Source: Hypanus sabinus (lineage: Eukaryota). Taken from it: 64,000 bases of DNA. The stretch lies in assembly GCF_030144855.1 (NCBI RefSeq), contig NC_082717.1, forward strand, positions 3,968,001-4,032,000. The letters run 5' to 3'. The position numbers and the translations under genes are program-made. Positions 11,598 through 24,740 of the stretch are shown here, piece after piece (the stretch's first letter is position 1; each line of letters opens with the position of its first letter). Under the pieces are notes generated by a model. It ran no database searches, was not told where the DNA came from, and saw only the letters and a program-made list of their open reading frames with translations.

Positions 11598-14500
11598 TGT
11601 TACGAAATCCCATAACTGGATCACTTACCAGTAAAGATAGAGAGGTCCGTTGAAGTCTGATGGTACTATTTTAAAAAGTATTTATTGATAAAGGGCACAA
11701 AATTAAGATTAATACACACATACAGATAATATACGTCGTCAATACTAAATCTAAAGCGCGGGTATAATAATAACCAATAAGAAATAGTTATATCGTTGTC
11801 TAGGGGATAATGTACTGTCCGATGGAAATATAACAGTCACTGTTAGTTCGTTCAAGCTGCAGAGTTTTTGGGTTTAAGAACGAGGCAATTTAAACTTGCC
11901 CAGGTCTTTTATGATGCCAATCCGTTGAGTCAGGGGAGTGGGTTTCCCCGTTGTTAGCTAAAAGCCGTTTTCCGTGGTTCCAGCCACCAATTCCAGCAAC
12001 GGAACTGAACGCGTGTGGCCTCCTTCCAATGACTTCCTGCTGTTACGTGGTCGCTTAATATTTCTTCTGGTGCGTCTGAGGGACTGCTCCTACAGACCCT
12101 CTTTTATCCTGACTCGCAGGGTCGTAGATGTCAATCAGGTTGGGGGTGATGCAATCTCTCCCTCAACCAGCCCACTTTGCCTGAGGGCATCCACGTGGCA
12201 TAGTCTCCAATCCACAACTTTGTCTTCCGGAGACAATGGCCATGTCCCGTAGCTTTACATCGCCGGGGAAACGAGACAGTCTGCACCCTGGGCCCCTTGA
12301 CCCAACCCAACAGTGATCTTGCGATTCTCACAAAGGAGGGGGCTACGGATGTAACACCCCCTTTCTTCAACGCGTTTTTTACCATCGGGAAAAAAATGAA
12401 ATAATACAGAGTCTTACATGGTATTAGAATCTAGCACAACACCAAAGTTTTTTTTCTACAGAGTAATAGTTATACATTCAATTCAGTATCTAAACAGTTA
12501 ATGATTACAGTGTCACTTTCTTTAATATCTTAACATCGTGTACCATACTAAAGTCTTGTAGCATCAGACTTCAATTTAATAACCACCTATTTTTATTTCT
12601 TTCCTTCAGCAACAAAACTAAGGAGGTGTGATCTTAGCTTACGTGCATCTACAAAAGTTTATGTAAATACTAGTCTTTCGGTCGTTATCAAACTGAACAG
12701 GCAGGCTTCCAAGGGGGCTGTCTTTATTATTCACAGGCTTTGTCGAAATCCCGTACAACCGGCTTTGCTATTTAAAAATGGCGTCCCCATTAACCGTCGC
12801 CTCTTTTCCGGTGAGGTCCCACATGGGGAGCTTGGGTAATGTGGCGAGATAAACCCTCACCCGCCTTTTCCATAGGAACTATTTTAACAACACCGTGTCC
12901 CAAACTTAGACCATCTTCTGAATTTCCACCCAACTCTTTAAGTTTACACAGGTGGCCAGCCCTCTCGTCAGGACCCTTCAGACTATGTGTTTTCAGTTCG
13001 ACCTCTTTGTTCAAGCAGCATTTCAAATTCTGCCTTTTCACACCACACTCTGGAATAACAATAGCATGGGGGCCCTGTCATCTCCCGGCTTAATCGGTAA
13101 GCGATCTGCAGGGTTTAAAATTTCTTCATTCGATTTGGGAACTACAGATTTCCCGTTTCCTTCAATGATAATATTTATCTCCCCATTTTTAAACTCCGCA
13201 ATAACTTTTAACACACCTTCGAGCACACACACCTGGGAACTCTCACTCCCCACTATTACCAAGGTTAACCCTTTCTTCACTGAACCAAGTCTATCTGACC
13301 CACAAGGACAGCCGTCCCGTTCCACTGAATCAAATACCTCAGACTTTTTCTGAGCTCTGTTACTAGGTTCAGTACCACTTGCATCCCCATCTTGGACACA
13401 CTCAAACGGGACATTGGCCTCTTCCAGGCTTTCAATACCCATACCCTTTTCAAATTCTAAGTTCCCCCGATCCTCCCAGGTACTCTCTGGGCAACTCCCT
13501 TCCAGAGTAAACTCAACCCCGCGGGCTGAAACAACCTCATCTGCCAACCCAGCAGACTTCTTCAAGGCAAGGGCACCCTTTTCATCTAGGACTGCCCTCA
13601 CTTCATTATCGGGAACACCTTTAGAATTTCCAACTTCTTCAAACAGTTCTGCCAAACCAGACAGATCATCCCTGTCCAACTCTGGACCTCTTAACTGCTC
13701 TATCGGTTCCCCATCTTTATTTTCTGCCTCTAGAACCATTCTCCTCGCTAAGGGCAGATCTACCTCCGCTCCCTTACCCTCTTTCACATTACTACTCTTC
13801 GTTTTACCACCCTCTAAACCCTCGTGGTACAAGGTCGGTAGAAACATCTCGGCCAAATCGAAACTGGCCAGATTTAAACTGCTCTCGTTCTCAGCTGCCT
13901 CTCTCGGCAGGCTGCGAGTGACCGCGCATGCGGGATAGATCTTGGAATCTAGGGGTGGGGCCACCGCACTCGCCAGTCGGCGGATCGGCATCATGGCTGC
14001 CCAAACCTTACCACCTGCTAAATCGTTACCAAGAAGGACATCCGCGTCAGTTCTCAGGAATTCTGATCGCACTCCTATTTCAACTGGTCCGGATACCAGC
14101 TCACAATCCATAATGACCTTATGTAAGGGCACCATTTCTGTCCCTTTACATATTCCCCTCACAGCTACCATTCTCGTCTTTCGACCAAACTCTAGTACCT
14201 TACTGCTGATCAACGACAGCTCAGCCCCCGTGTCTCTCCAGATCCGTACGGGAACAGGAGTGTCACTCTCCCTCACAGACACGGTTCCGTGTGACAGACA
14301 AGTCTCAGACCCTTCTCGCGCTCTGTCTACCCGGGGCTCTCTTGTCAATTTACTGATTACCACGGCACATCCGATAGGGACTGTTGCTTTCCCTTTTCCT
14401 GTCTCTTTCCTCGGAGCAAAGCACCGAGATGCAATATGCCCCCCCTTCCACAATTAAAACAGGTCAAGCCTGGAAATCTCTGACCGTCTGGCCTTTCCCC

Positions 14501-16585
14501 CTCAACCTTACCACTAGCTTCCGGCGGGACCTCTGCCTCAGCCGACGGACTTTCTTGATCATTCCCACGGTCTTTCTGGGGACTTTTATTTGAGGAAAAT
14601 TTTGCCTTGTGGGTTAGAGCATATTCATCTGCGAACCTAGCAAATTCCGAGATGGACTTATGCGGCTTCTCATTCAAATATGTCCAGATATCCTCCGAAA
14701 CACAACCTTTAAATTCCTCAATCAGAATTAACTCCCTGAGTCGCCCATAATCCTCTTCCACTCTCTCTGTGGTGCACCAACGGTCCAAGAGCACACCCTT
14801 CTCATAGGCAAACTCGGTATACGTCTGATTCCACCCTTTCCTTAAAGTTCTAAACTTTTGTCTATATGCCTCAGGTACTAGATCATAACTCCGGAGAATG
14901 GCCACCTTTACTTTGTCATCACTCTCCTCCTCTCCCTCCTCCATGTCAACGCCATATATGCCCGCTGTGCCTTCTCCTTTAACACACTTTGTAACAGCGC
15001 CACCCACTGATCTCTGGGCCACTTCTGATTCACTGCCACCTTTTCAAAAAGCAAGAAATAACTATCAACATCCGTCTCCTCGAACGGAGGTACTAACCTC
15101 AACTCTCGATGAACACTGAACCGCTCCTCTCGGTCTGACCCCGGAACTCGTGGCTCCTGCCGTAAATTCTCCATCTCCAAGTCATGTTTCCTCTGTTTCT
15201 CTTTCTCAGCGGCTTCCAGCTGTTTTAACCTCATTTCATGCTCTCGTTTCACCTCTAACTCCTACAGCTGGAGCGCATGCTCCCTCTCTCTCTCGGCTCT
15301 TTCCCTCTCTCTCTCGGCTCTGTCCTCTTTCTCTCTCTCGGCCCTTTCCCTCTCTCTCTCGGCCCTTTCCCTCTCTCTCTCGGCTCTTTCTCTCTTTCTC
15401 TCTCTTGGCTGCCTCCAGCTGCTTTAACTTAATTGCATGTTCCAACTTTAATTTCTCCAACTCTAACTGAGCCGTCCCACTAGCTGGTACCTTTCCAGGG
15501 ATATTCTCCAATACCGCAGCCGCAAACACATCCTTCCCGATATAATATTGAGTTATTGCCCTTCGCACCTCCCACTTTTTCATTGACAACCTCACCTCTG
15601 GGAGGTTTAACCCCTTCGCCAAATTTACCAAGTCTGATTTGGTGGCCGCCTCTAGCGCCTCCAGAGTCGGGTTTTCTATAAATTCATCCACGTCCATCTT
15701 TGCTGGTTTCCCGTCTGGCTACCCGCGTAACCAGATCCAAGTTTGGACTTGCAAGCCCGATTCACTGGCCTCCCAATTTGGTGTCAAATCCCAAGACGAG
15801 AACCCCAATTTTGTTACGAAATCCCGTAACTGGATCACTTACCAGCAAAGATAGAGAGGTCCGTTGAAGTCTGATGGTACTATTTTTAAAAGTATTTATT
15901 GATAAAGGGCACAAAATTAAGATTAATAAACACATACAGATAATATACATCGTCAATACTAAATCTAAAGCGCGGGTATAATAATAACCAATAAGAAATA
16001 GCTCCATCGTTGTCTAGGGGATAATGTATTGTCCGATGGAAAGATAACAGTCACTGTTAGTTCGTTCAAGCTGCAGAGTTTTTGGGTTTAAGAGCGAGGC
16101 GGTTTAAACTTGCCCAGGTCTTTTATGATGCCAATCCGTTGAGTCAGGGGAGTGGGTTTCCCCGTCGTTAGCTACAAGCCGTTTTCCATGGTCCAGCCAC
16201 CAATTCCAGCAACGGAACTGAATGCGTGTGGCCTCCTTCCAATGACTTCCTGCTGTTACGTGGTCGCTTAACGTTTCTTCTGGTGCGTCTGAGGGGCTGT
16301 TCCTACAGACCCTCTTTTATCCTGACTCGCAGGGTCATAGATGTCAATCAGGTTGGGGGTGATGCAATCCCTCCCTTAACCAGCCCACTTTGCCTGAGGG
16401 CGTTCACGTAGCATAGTATCTCAATCCACAACTTTGTCTTCCGGAGACATTGGCCATGTCCCGTAGCTTTACATCGCCGGGGAAACGAGGCATTCTGCAC
16501 GTCTCTCTCTCATTTCCTGGGCCCCTTGACCCAACCCAACAGTGATCTTGCAATTCTCACAAAGGAGGGGGCTACGGATGTAACA
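11598..16585 (-). mobile_element. Two-LTR Ty3/Gypsy (Gmr1-like) retrotransposon, non-autonomous: gag and protease, pol essentially missing
   Basis: LTRs at 11598-12356 and 15812-16585 (TGTTAC...GTAACA) with GTAC TSD on both sides. Polypurine tract just inside the 3' LTR (~12357-12368) and a tRNA-Pro-like PBS (tggggttctcgtcttgggat, ~15788-15807). Frameshifted gag (SCAN-like helices, CFNCGRGGHIASRC knuckle) and DTGA protease. No YxDD or DDE domain. Confidence 0.93.
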
Positions 16586-16689
16586 GTACATCTTACTGCT
16601 GATGCTGTAGTGTATTTCATTTCATAGCTTTCTGTAGAAGCAGTGAGTGTTGCTGATTGTTTGGGTTTCAGTTGAAGATAAAGCTTTTT

Positions 16690-19600
16690 CAATCGAAGCA
16701 AGAGGATGAGAGTGGAAGGCTGAAGCATCGCCGAGGGAAGGTCGTTTTTCTTTTCTTTAACTGATCGGGGAAAAGAGGCTCTACTGCGCAGGCGCGTGAT
16801 GTAGCGCACCAAGGTTTAGAAGAAAGACCGCTATATACAGCGGCCATCATCGTAGTGGCCATCGTTGGAGTGGACTGAGTCAGAGTGGGACGGCTTTGGC
16901 TCAAACAGGCTTCGGTGAGAAACAGGCAGAGGCGAGGGTAGGTTCCAGTAAGTTTCTGTTTTTCTTTTTTTTGTTCAGACTGGAGAATATGCCAGGCAGG
17001 ATGTTGGAATGCTCCTCTTGCAGGATGTGGGAAGTCAACAATATCTGCAAGAAGCTGTACCCAGCTGCAGCTCCTAATAAACTGCGTTAGGGAACTGGAG
17101 CAAGAGCTGGATGACCTCTGGATCATTCAGGAGACTGAACAGTTTATAGATAGTAGCTTCCAGGAGGTAGTTACACCTAAGGAACTGGGCACAGGTAATT
17201 GGGTTACCGTCAGGCGAGGGAAGGGGAAAGGGCAGGTAGTGCAAGGTTCCCCTGTGGCCATTCCCCTCAACAACAGGTATACCGATTTGGATACTGTTGT
17301 GGGGGATGGCTTACCTTGGACAAGCTGCGGCAGCCAGATCTCTGGCACTGAGTCTGGTTCTGCAGTGCAGAAGGGAGGGAGGAAGAAGAGGAGAGCGGTA
17401 GTGATAGGGGACTCCATAGATTTTGAGGTTGTGACAGAGACTTCCAAATAGTTTGTTGCCTCCCGGGTGCCAGGGTCAGGGATGTCTCTGATCGTGTGCA
17501 CAGCGTTCTGAGATGGGAGGGTGATCAGCCAGATGTCGTGGTACACATCAGTACCAATGATGTAGGTAGAAAGAGTCAGGAGGTCCTGAAGAGTGAGTAC
17601 AGAGAGCTTGGTAGGAAGTTGAAAAGCAGGACCTCGAGGGTGGTAATCTCCGGATTGCTGCCTGTGCCACGTGCCAGTGAGGGTAAGAGTAGGATGCTCT
17701 GGAGGATGAACACGTGGCTGAGGAACTGGTGTAGGGGGCAGGGTTTCAGATTTCAGGATCATTGGGACCTCTTCTGGGGCAGGTGGGACCTGTACAAGGG
17801 CACCAATATGCCTGCAGGGAGGTTTGCTGGTGTTATTGGGGAGGGTTTAAACTAGATTTGCAGGGGGATGGGAACCAGAGTAGATAGTGGATGGGGGTAA
17901 AAATAAATGATGTTAGTAGTTCATGAAAAGTCACAAATAGTAAGGTTGTGTGTGATGGTAATAATCTTCTGGGGTGTGTATATTTCAATGTGAGGAGTAT
18001 TGTGGGAAGGCAGATGAGCTGAGGGCCTGGATTGACACATGGAATTATGACATCATAGCCATTACTGAAACTTGTCTACAGGAGGGGCAGGACTGGCAGC
18101 TCAATGTTCCAGGGTTCCGATGTTTCAGACGTGACAGAGGCAGAGGGATGAAGGGTGGCTTTGCTAGTCAGGGAAAATATTACAGCAGTGCTTCAGCAGG
18201 ACAGATTAGAGGGCTTGTCTACTGAGGCCATATGGGTGGAGCTGAGAAACAGGAAAGGTATGACCACATTAATAGGGTTGTATTATAGACCACCCAATAG
18301 TCAGTGAGAATTGGAGGAGCAAATCTGCAGAGAGATAACAGACAACTGCAGGAGACAGAAAGTTGAGATTGTGGGGGATATTAATTTTCCACACATAGGT
18401 TGGGACTCCCATACTATTAAAGGTCTAGATGAGTTAGAGTTTGTGAAATGTGTTCAGGAAAGTTTTCTACATCAATATATAGATGTACCAACTAAGGAGG
18501 ATGCAATATTAGATCTCCTTTTGGGAAATTAGTTAGGGCAGGTGACAGAAGTGTGTATAGGGGAACACTTTGGTTCCAGTGATCATAACGTCATTAGTCA
18601 CAACTTGATCATGGATAAAGATAGATCTGATCCTTGGGTTGAAGTTCTAAACTGGAAAAAGGCCAAATTTGAAGAAATGAGAAAAGATCTAAAAAGCGTA
18701 GATTGGGACAGGTTGTTCTCTGGCAGGGATGTGATTGGTAAGTGGGAGACCTTCAAAGGAGAAATTTTGAGAGTGCAGAGTTTGTATGTTCCTGTCGGGG
18801 TTAAAGGCAAAAAAAAAGAATAGGAACCTTGGTTCTCGAGGGATATTGGAACTCTGATAAAGAAGAAGAGAGAGATGTATAACATGTATAGGCCACAGGG
18901 AGGAAATAAGATGCTTGAGGAGTATAAAAAGAGTAAGAAAATACTTTAGGAACAAATTGGAAGGGCTAAAAGAATCCATGAGGTTGCTTTGACAGTCAGG
19001 GTGAAGGATAATCCTAAGAGCTTCTACAGGTATGTTAAGAGCAAAAGGATAGTAAGGGATAAAATTGGTCCTCTTGAAGATCAGAGTGGTCGGCTATGTG
19101 TGGAACAAAAAGAAATGGGAGAGATCTTAAATGAGTGTTTTGCATCTGTACTTACTAAGGAAACTGAAATGGAGTCTATGGGAACAAGGCAAACAAATAA
19201 GGAGGTCATGGAACTTATACAGATTAAAGAGGAGGAGGTGCTTGCTGTCTTGAGGCAAATCAGAGTAGATAAATCCCCAGGACCTGACAGGGTATTCCCT
19301 CAGACCTTGAAGGAGACCAGTGTTGAAATTGCAGGGGCCCTGGCAGAAATATTTAAAATGTCGATATCCACGGGTCTGGTGCCGGAGGATTGGAGGATAG
19401 CTCATGTAGTTCCGTTGTTCAAAAAAAGGCTCAAAAAGTAAGCAGGGAAATTATAGGCCGGTAAGTTTGACATCGGTAGTGGGTAAATTATTGGAAGGAA
19501 TACTAAGAGATAGGATCTATAAGTATTTGGATAGACAGGGACTTTTAGAAACAGTCAGCATGGCTTTGTGCGTGGTAGGTCATGTCTAACCAATCTATTA

Positions 19601-19722
19601 GAGTTTTTCGAGAAAGTTACCAGGAAAGTGGATGAAGGGAAGGCAGTGGATGCTGTATACATGGACTTTATTAAGGCCTTTGACAAGGTCCTGCATGGGA
19701 GGTTAGTTAGGAAGATTCAGTC
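16690..19722 (+). mobile_element. 5'-intact CR1 LINE: 5' UTR, ORF1 (zinc finger + SGNH esterase), ORF2 (APE + partial RT), truncated at the 3' end
   Basis: MLECSSCRMWEV, RRAVVIGDSI, DVVVHISTNDVG, GSSDHNVI and KAFDKV motifs in order, with many stops. Confidence 0.92.
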
Positions 19723-20225
19723 AACACTCCTCAACACTACCTGCCCCCCACCAATCTTCGTATCATCTGCAAACTTGGCAACAAAGCCATATATTCCATC
19801 ATCTATATCATTTATATACTGCATAAAAAGAAGTGGTCCCAAAACCGACCCCTGCAGAACACCACTAGTTACTGGCAGCCACCAGAAAACAATCCTTTTA
19901 TTCCCACTCGCTTCCTCCTACCAATCAGCCAATGTTTTAACCATGTTAGTAAGTTTCCAGTGATACCATGAGCTCTTAACTTGGTAAGCAGCCTCATGTG
20001 TGGCACCTTGACAAAGACCTTCTGAAAGTCCAAATATGCAACATCCACTGCATCCCCTTCATCTATCCTCCTTGTCATCTCCTCAAAGAATTCCAACAGG
20101 TTCATCAGACAGGATTCTCCCCAAAGGAAACCATACTGACTTTGTACTATCATGTCCTGAGTCACCAAGTACTCCATCACCTCATCCTTAACTATTGACT
20201 CTAACATCTTCCCAACCACTGAGGT
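19722..20225 (-). mobile_element. CR1 RT fragments
   Basis: ORF 19869..20219 contains SCLMNLLEFFEE...YLDFQK. Confidence 0.85.
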
Positions 20226-20227
20226 CA

Positions 20228-22080
20228 GGCAAGGCAGGAAATTGGATTTGAGATGGATAATAATCAGCCATGATGGAATGATGAAGTAGACTCAATAGGC
20301 TGAATGGCCTCATTCTGCTCCTATGTTTTATGGTCTCATGGAGCTCCTCCAGCAGATTGTTTGTTGATAAAAATACAGGCATTTGCTGATCCAATGACAG
20401 TCGGGTCAGCAGTTCCCGATATATCCATAAAATACTTGCTAACTGTTGAGAGATTTAGACAGCTCCAATTTATCAGCTCACATTTACTAATGAGTAACAG
20501 GAAAAGATTTCATCCAAGTAATGTTAGAGTTCTAGAAGATTATAAGGCTACCAGGAAGGAGCTTAAGAAGGAAATTTGGAGAGCCAGAAGGGGCCATAAG
20601 AAGGTCTTGGCAGGCAGGATTAAGGAAAACCCCAAGGCATTCTACAGATATGTGAAGAACAAGAGGATAAGACGTGAAACAATAAGACCTATCAAGTGTG
20701 ACAGTGGGAAAGTGTGCATGGAACCAGAGGAAATAGCAGAGGTACTTAATGAATACTTTACTTCAGTATTCACTATGGAAAAGGATCTTGGTGATTGTAG
20801 CGATGACTTGCAGTGGACTGAAAAGCTTGAGCATGTAGATATTAAGAAAGAGGATGTGCTGGAGCTTTTGGAAAGCACCAAGTTGGATAAGTCGCCGGGA
20901 CCAGATGAGATGTACCCCAGGCTACTGTGGGAGGCGAGGGAGGTGATTGCTGAGCCTCTGGCGATGATCTTTGCATCATCAATGGGGACGGGAGAGGTTC
21001 CAGAGGATTGGAGGGTTACAGATGTTGTTCTCTTATTCAAGAAAGGGAGTAGAGATAACCCAGGAAATTATAGACCAGTGAGTCTTACTTCAGTGGTTGA
21101 TGTTGATGGAGAAGATCCTGAGAGGCAGGATTCATGAACATTTGGAGAGATATAATATGATTAAGAATAGTAAGCATGGCTTTGTCAAGGGCAGGTCATA
21201 CTTTATGAGCCTGTTTGAATTTTTTGAGGATGTGACTAAACAGATTGATGAAGGAAGAGCAGTAGATGTAGTGTATATGGCTTTCTGCAAGGCATTTGAC
21301 AAGGTACCCCATACAAGGCTTATTGAGAATGTAAGGAGGCATGGGATCCAAGGGGACATTGCTTTGTGGATCCAGAACAGGCTTGCCCACAGAAGGCAAA
21401 GAGTGATTGTAGACAGGTCATATTCTGCATGAAGGTCAGTCACCAGTGGAGTGCCTCAAGGATCTGTTCTGGGACCCTTACACTTTTTGATTTTTATAAA
21501 TGACTTTGATGAGGAAGTGGAGGGATGGGTTAGTAAGTTTACTGATGACACAAAGGTTGGAGGTGTTGTGGATAGTGTGGAGGGCTGTCAGTAGTTACAG
21601 CGGAACATTGATAGGATGGAAAACTTGGTTAAGAAATGGAAGATGGAGTTCAACCCAGATAAGTGTGAAGTGGTTCATTTTGGTAGGTCAAATATGATGG
21701 CAGAATATGGTATTAATGGTAAGACCCTTGGCAGTGTGGAGGATCAGAGGGATCTTGGAGTCCGAGACCATAGGACGTTCAAAGCAGCTGTGCGCAGGTT
21801 GACTCTGTGGTTAAGAAGGCATATGGTGTATTGGCTGTCATCAATCATGGAATTGAATTTAGGAGCCAAGAGGTAATGTTGCAGCTATAGAAGACCCTGT
21901 TCAGACCCCATTTGGAGTACTGTGCTCAGTTCTGGTCGCCTCACTACAGGAAGGATGTCAAAACCATAGAAAGGGTGCAGAGGAGATTTACAAGGATGTT
22001 GCCTGGATTGGGGAGCATGCCTTATGAAAACATATTGACTGAACTTGGCCTTTTCTCCTTGCAGTGACGGAGGATGAGAG
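20228..22080. repeat. Segmental duplicate block A, copy 2 (its CR1 continues to the 3' tail at ~22420)
   Basis: Begins gcaaggcaggaaattggatttgag as at ~5783 and is colinear to gatgagagg at ~22080. Confidence 0.93.
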
Positions 22081-22699
22081 GTGACCTGATAAAGGTGTAT
22101 AAGAAGATGAGAGGCATTGATTGTGTGGATAGTCAGAGGCTTTTTTCCCAGGGCTGAAATAGTTGCCAGAAGAGGGCACAGGTTTAAGGTGCTGGGGAGT
22201 AGGTACAGAGGAGATGTCAGGGGTAAGTGAATGGTGAGTGTGTGCAATGGTGGTGGAAGCGGACATGATAGGGTCTTTTACGAGACTTTTGGATATGTAC
22301 ATGGAGCTTAGAAAATTAGAGGGCTATTGGTAAGCCTAGTAATTTGTAAGGTTGGGACATGTTCGGCACAACTTTGTGGGCCAAAGGGACTGTCTTGTGT
22401 TTTAGGTTTTCTATGTTTCTGTGTTTACATTCATCCTTATCCACCTCTTCCCATTGAAAGGAGACTCCTTGGGTGTAAATGGGTTTGTAAAAGTAACACT
22501 ATTTGTTCTCGGCAGAACAAGGCAGGTCTCATTACACCTGTCAACAAGCCTCTCTCAGACCTGTTACTCATACTCCCCCATTACTGACGGTTTATTCAAA
22601 CCATCACGAACAGCATTTTAAACCGGTTTGAAAACGAGACAGAGAGGACTTGTCATCAGGGACGACCATGGATCCTGTGTCGTAGTTGTCTAGTTACAC

Positions 22700-23420
22700 A
22701 TGTCAGGGCAGTGCAGTATGGAGAGAAAGCTGTTGCCATGCAGCAAACTCCCCCTTTTCACACAGCTGATGGAGCTGAAGGGACGGCACAGACAGATACA
22801 GTTTGGCACCATCAGCATTGCAAGAGTTTCCAGTCAGCATTGAACATTTCACACTGCCACCCAGCTTTGTGTCATCGGCAAATTTGCTAATGTTACTTTT
22901 AATCCCTTCATCTAAATCATTAATGTATATTATAAACAGCTGCGGTACCCCACTGGTCACAGTCTGCCATTCCGGAAGGGACTCGTTAATCACTACTCTT
23001 TGTTTCCTGTTAGCCAGCCAATTTTCAATCCATGTCAGTACTCTGACCCCAATACCATGTGCCCTAATTTTGCCCACTAATCTCCTATGTGGGACTTTAT
23101 CAAAAGCTTTCTGGAAGTCCAGGTACACTACATCCACTGGCTCTCCCTTGTCCATTTTCATGGTTACATCCTCAAAAAACTCCAGAAGATTAGTCAAGCA
23201 TGATTTTCCCTTCATAAATCCATGCTGACTCGGACTGATCCTTCTGCTGCTATCCAAATGTGTCGTAATTTCATTTTTTATAATTGACTCCAGCATCTTC
23301 CCCACCACTGACGCCAGGCTAACCGGTCTATAATTCCCTGTTTTCTCTCTCCCTCCTTTCTTGAAAGGTAGGACTACATTAGCCACCCTCCAGTCAGCAG
23401 GAACTGTTCCTGAATCTGTA
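22700..23420 (-). mobile_element. CR1 RT fragment
   Basis: ORF 22703..23386 contains [20 protein letters not shown] and [11 protein letters not shown]. Confidence 0.95.
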
Positions 23421-23479
23421 GAACATAGAGAATAGAGAATGGAAAGACAGAGAAATGTTGTTGTTCAATAAATACTCTG

Positions 23480-24740
23480 CAAATTAGCTAGGAAATAATA
23501 TGAAGGAAAGGTGGTGGACTTGCTCACATGTACTTCAGCAAGGTGTTTGACGAAGTCCTGCATGGAAGGCTGGTCCAGACGTTTCAGTGTCTTGGCACTC
23601 AACGTTGGCTTTGTGGAAGAGGCCGAGAGTGGTAGTAGATGTTTGTCTCTCTGACTGGAGGCTTGTGACTGGTGGTGCACCATAGGGATAAGGTCATCTG
23701 TTGTTGTATATCATTTATGCTAGTGACTTGGATGATAACGTGACAAATTGAATTGTACAAAGACTGGGAGGTGTATTAGACAACAAAGAAGGCTATCAAA
23801 TTTGCAATGGCAAGTGGACCAGCTGGAAAGATGGGCTGAAAAATGGCAGATGAATTTAATGCAGACAAGTTCTGAGTTGGATGATCAGCCATGATCATAC
23901 TGAATGGCGGTGCAGGCTCAAAGGGCTGAATGGCCTACTCCTGCAACTATTTTCAGTTTCTATGTTTCTAAGTACATGATGTTGTGCTTTGAGAGGACAG
24001 ACCAGGGTAGGGCTTACACAGTGAACAGTAGAGCACAGAGGGGTGTGGTGGAACAGAGGAATCTGGAGAAAAGGTGCATAATTCCTTGAAAGTAGCGTCA
24101 TAGATGGAGAGGGTTGTGAAGTGCTTTTGGCACATTGGCCTCTAAATCAGAGTGTAAGGTTCTATAGATGGGATGTTATGTTGAAATTATCTACGACATC
24201 ATTGAGGCTGAATGTGGAGTATTGGGCGCAGTGCCAACCTAATCTGGTAAGCTTCCGATAGGAAAGATAGCAACAAGACTGAAAGGCCACAGGGAAAATT
24301 TACAAGGATATCGCTGTGACTTGAGGACCTGAAGTATAGGAAAGATGGAACAGTTTTTCACATAGAATGAGGGCAGATTGTATGGAGGTATATAAAATCT
24401 ATGAGGGCTATAGGAGGGTGAATGCATACAGGCCTTTTCACCTCAGTTTGGGTGAAACAGGAACTAGAGGTCGTAGGTTCAGATTGAAAGGTGAAATATT
24501 TAAAGGGATCATGAGGGGGACGTTCTTCACCCGGAGGGTGGTGACTGTGTAGAACGAGCTGTCAGTGGAAGTGGTGGCTGTGGGTGCAATTGTACCATCC
24601 GTAAAATTTGAATATGTCCGTGGATGACAGGGTTATGGAGGGATATGGTCCAGGTGCAGGTAAGTGGGACTAGGTAGAAGATCAGGTTGGGGTGGACTAG
24701 TTGGGCAGAACAGCCTGTTTGTCTGCTGTAGTATTCTGTA
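23480..24740 (+). mobile_element. Highly degenerate CR1 3' half
   Basis: Remnants of KAFDKVLH, QWQVDQLERWAEKWQM and FFTRRVV plus the 3' tail. Confidence 0.75.
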
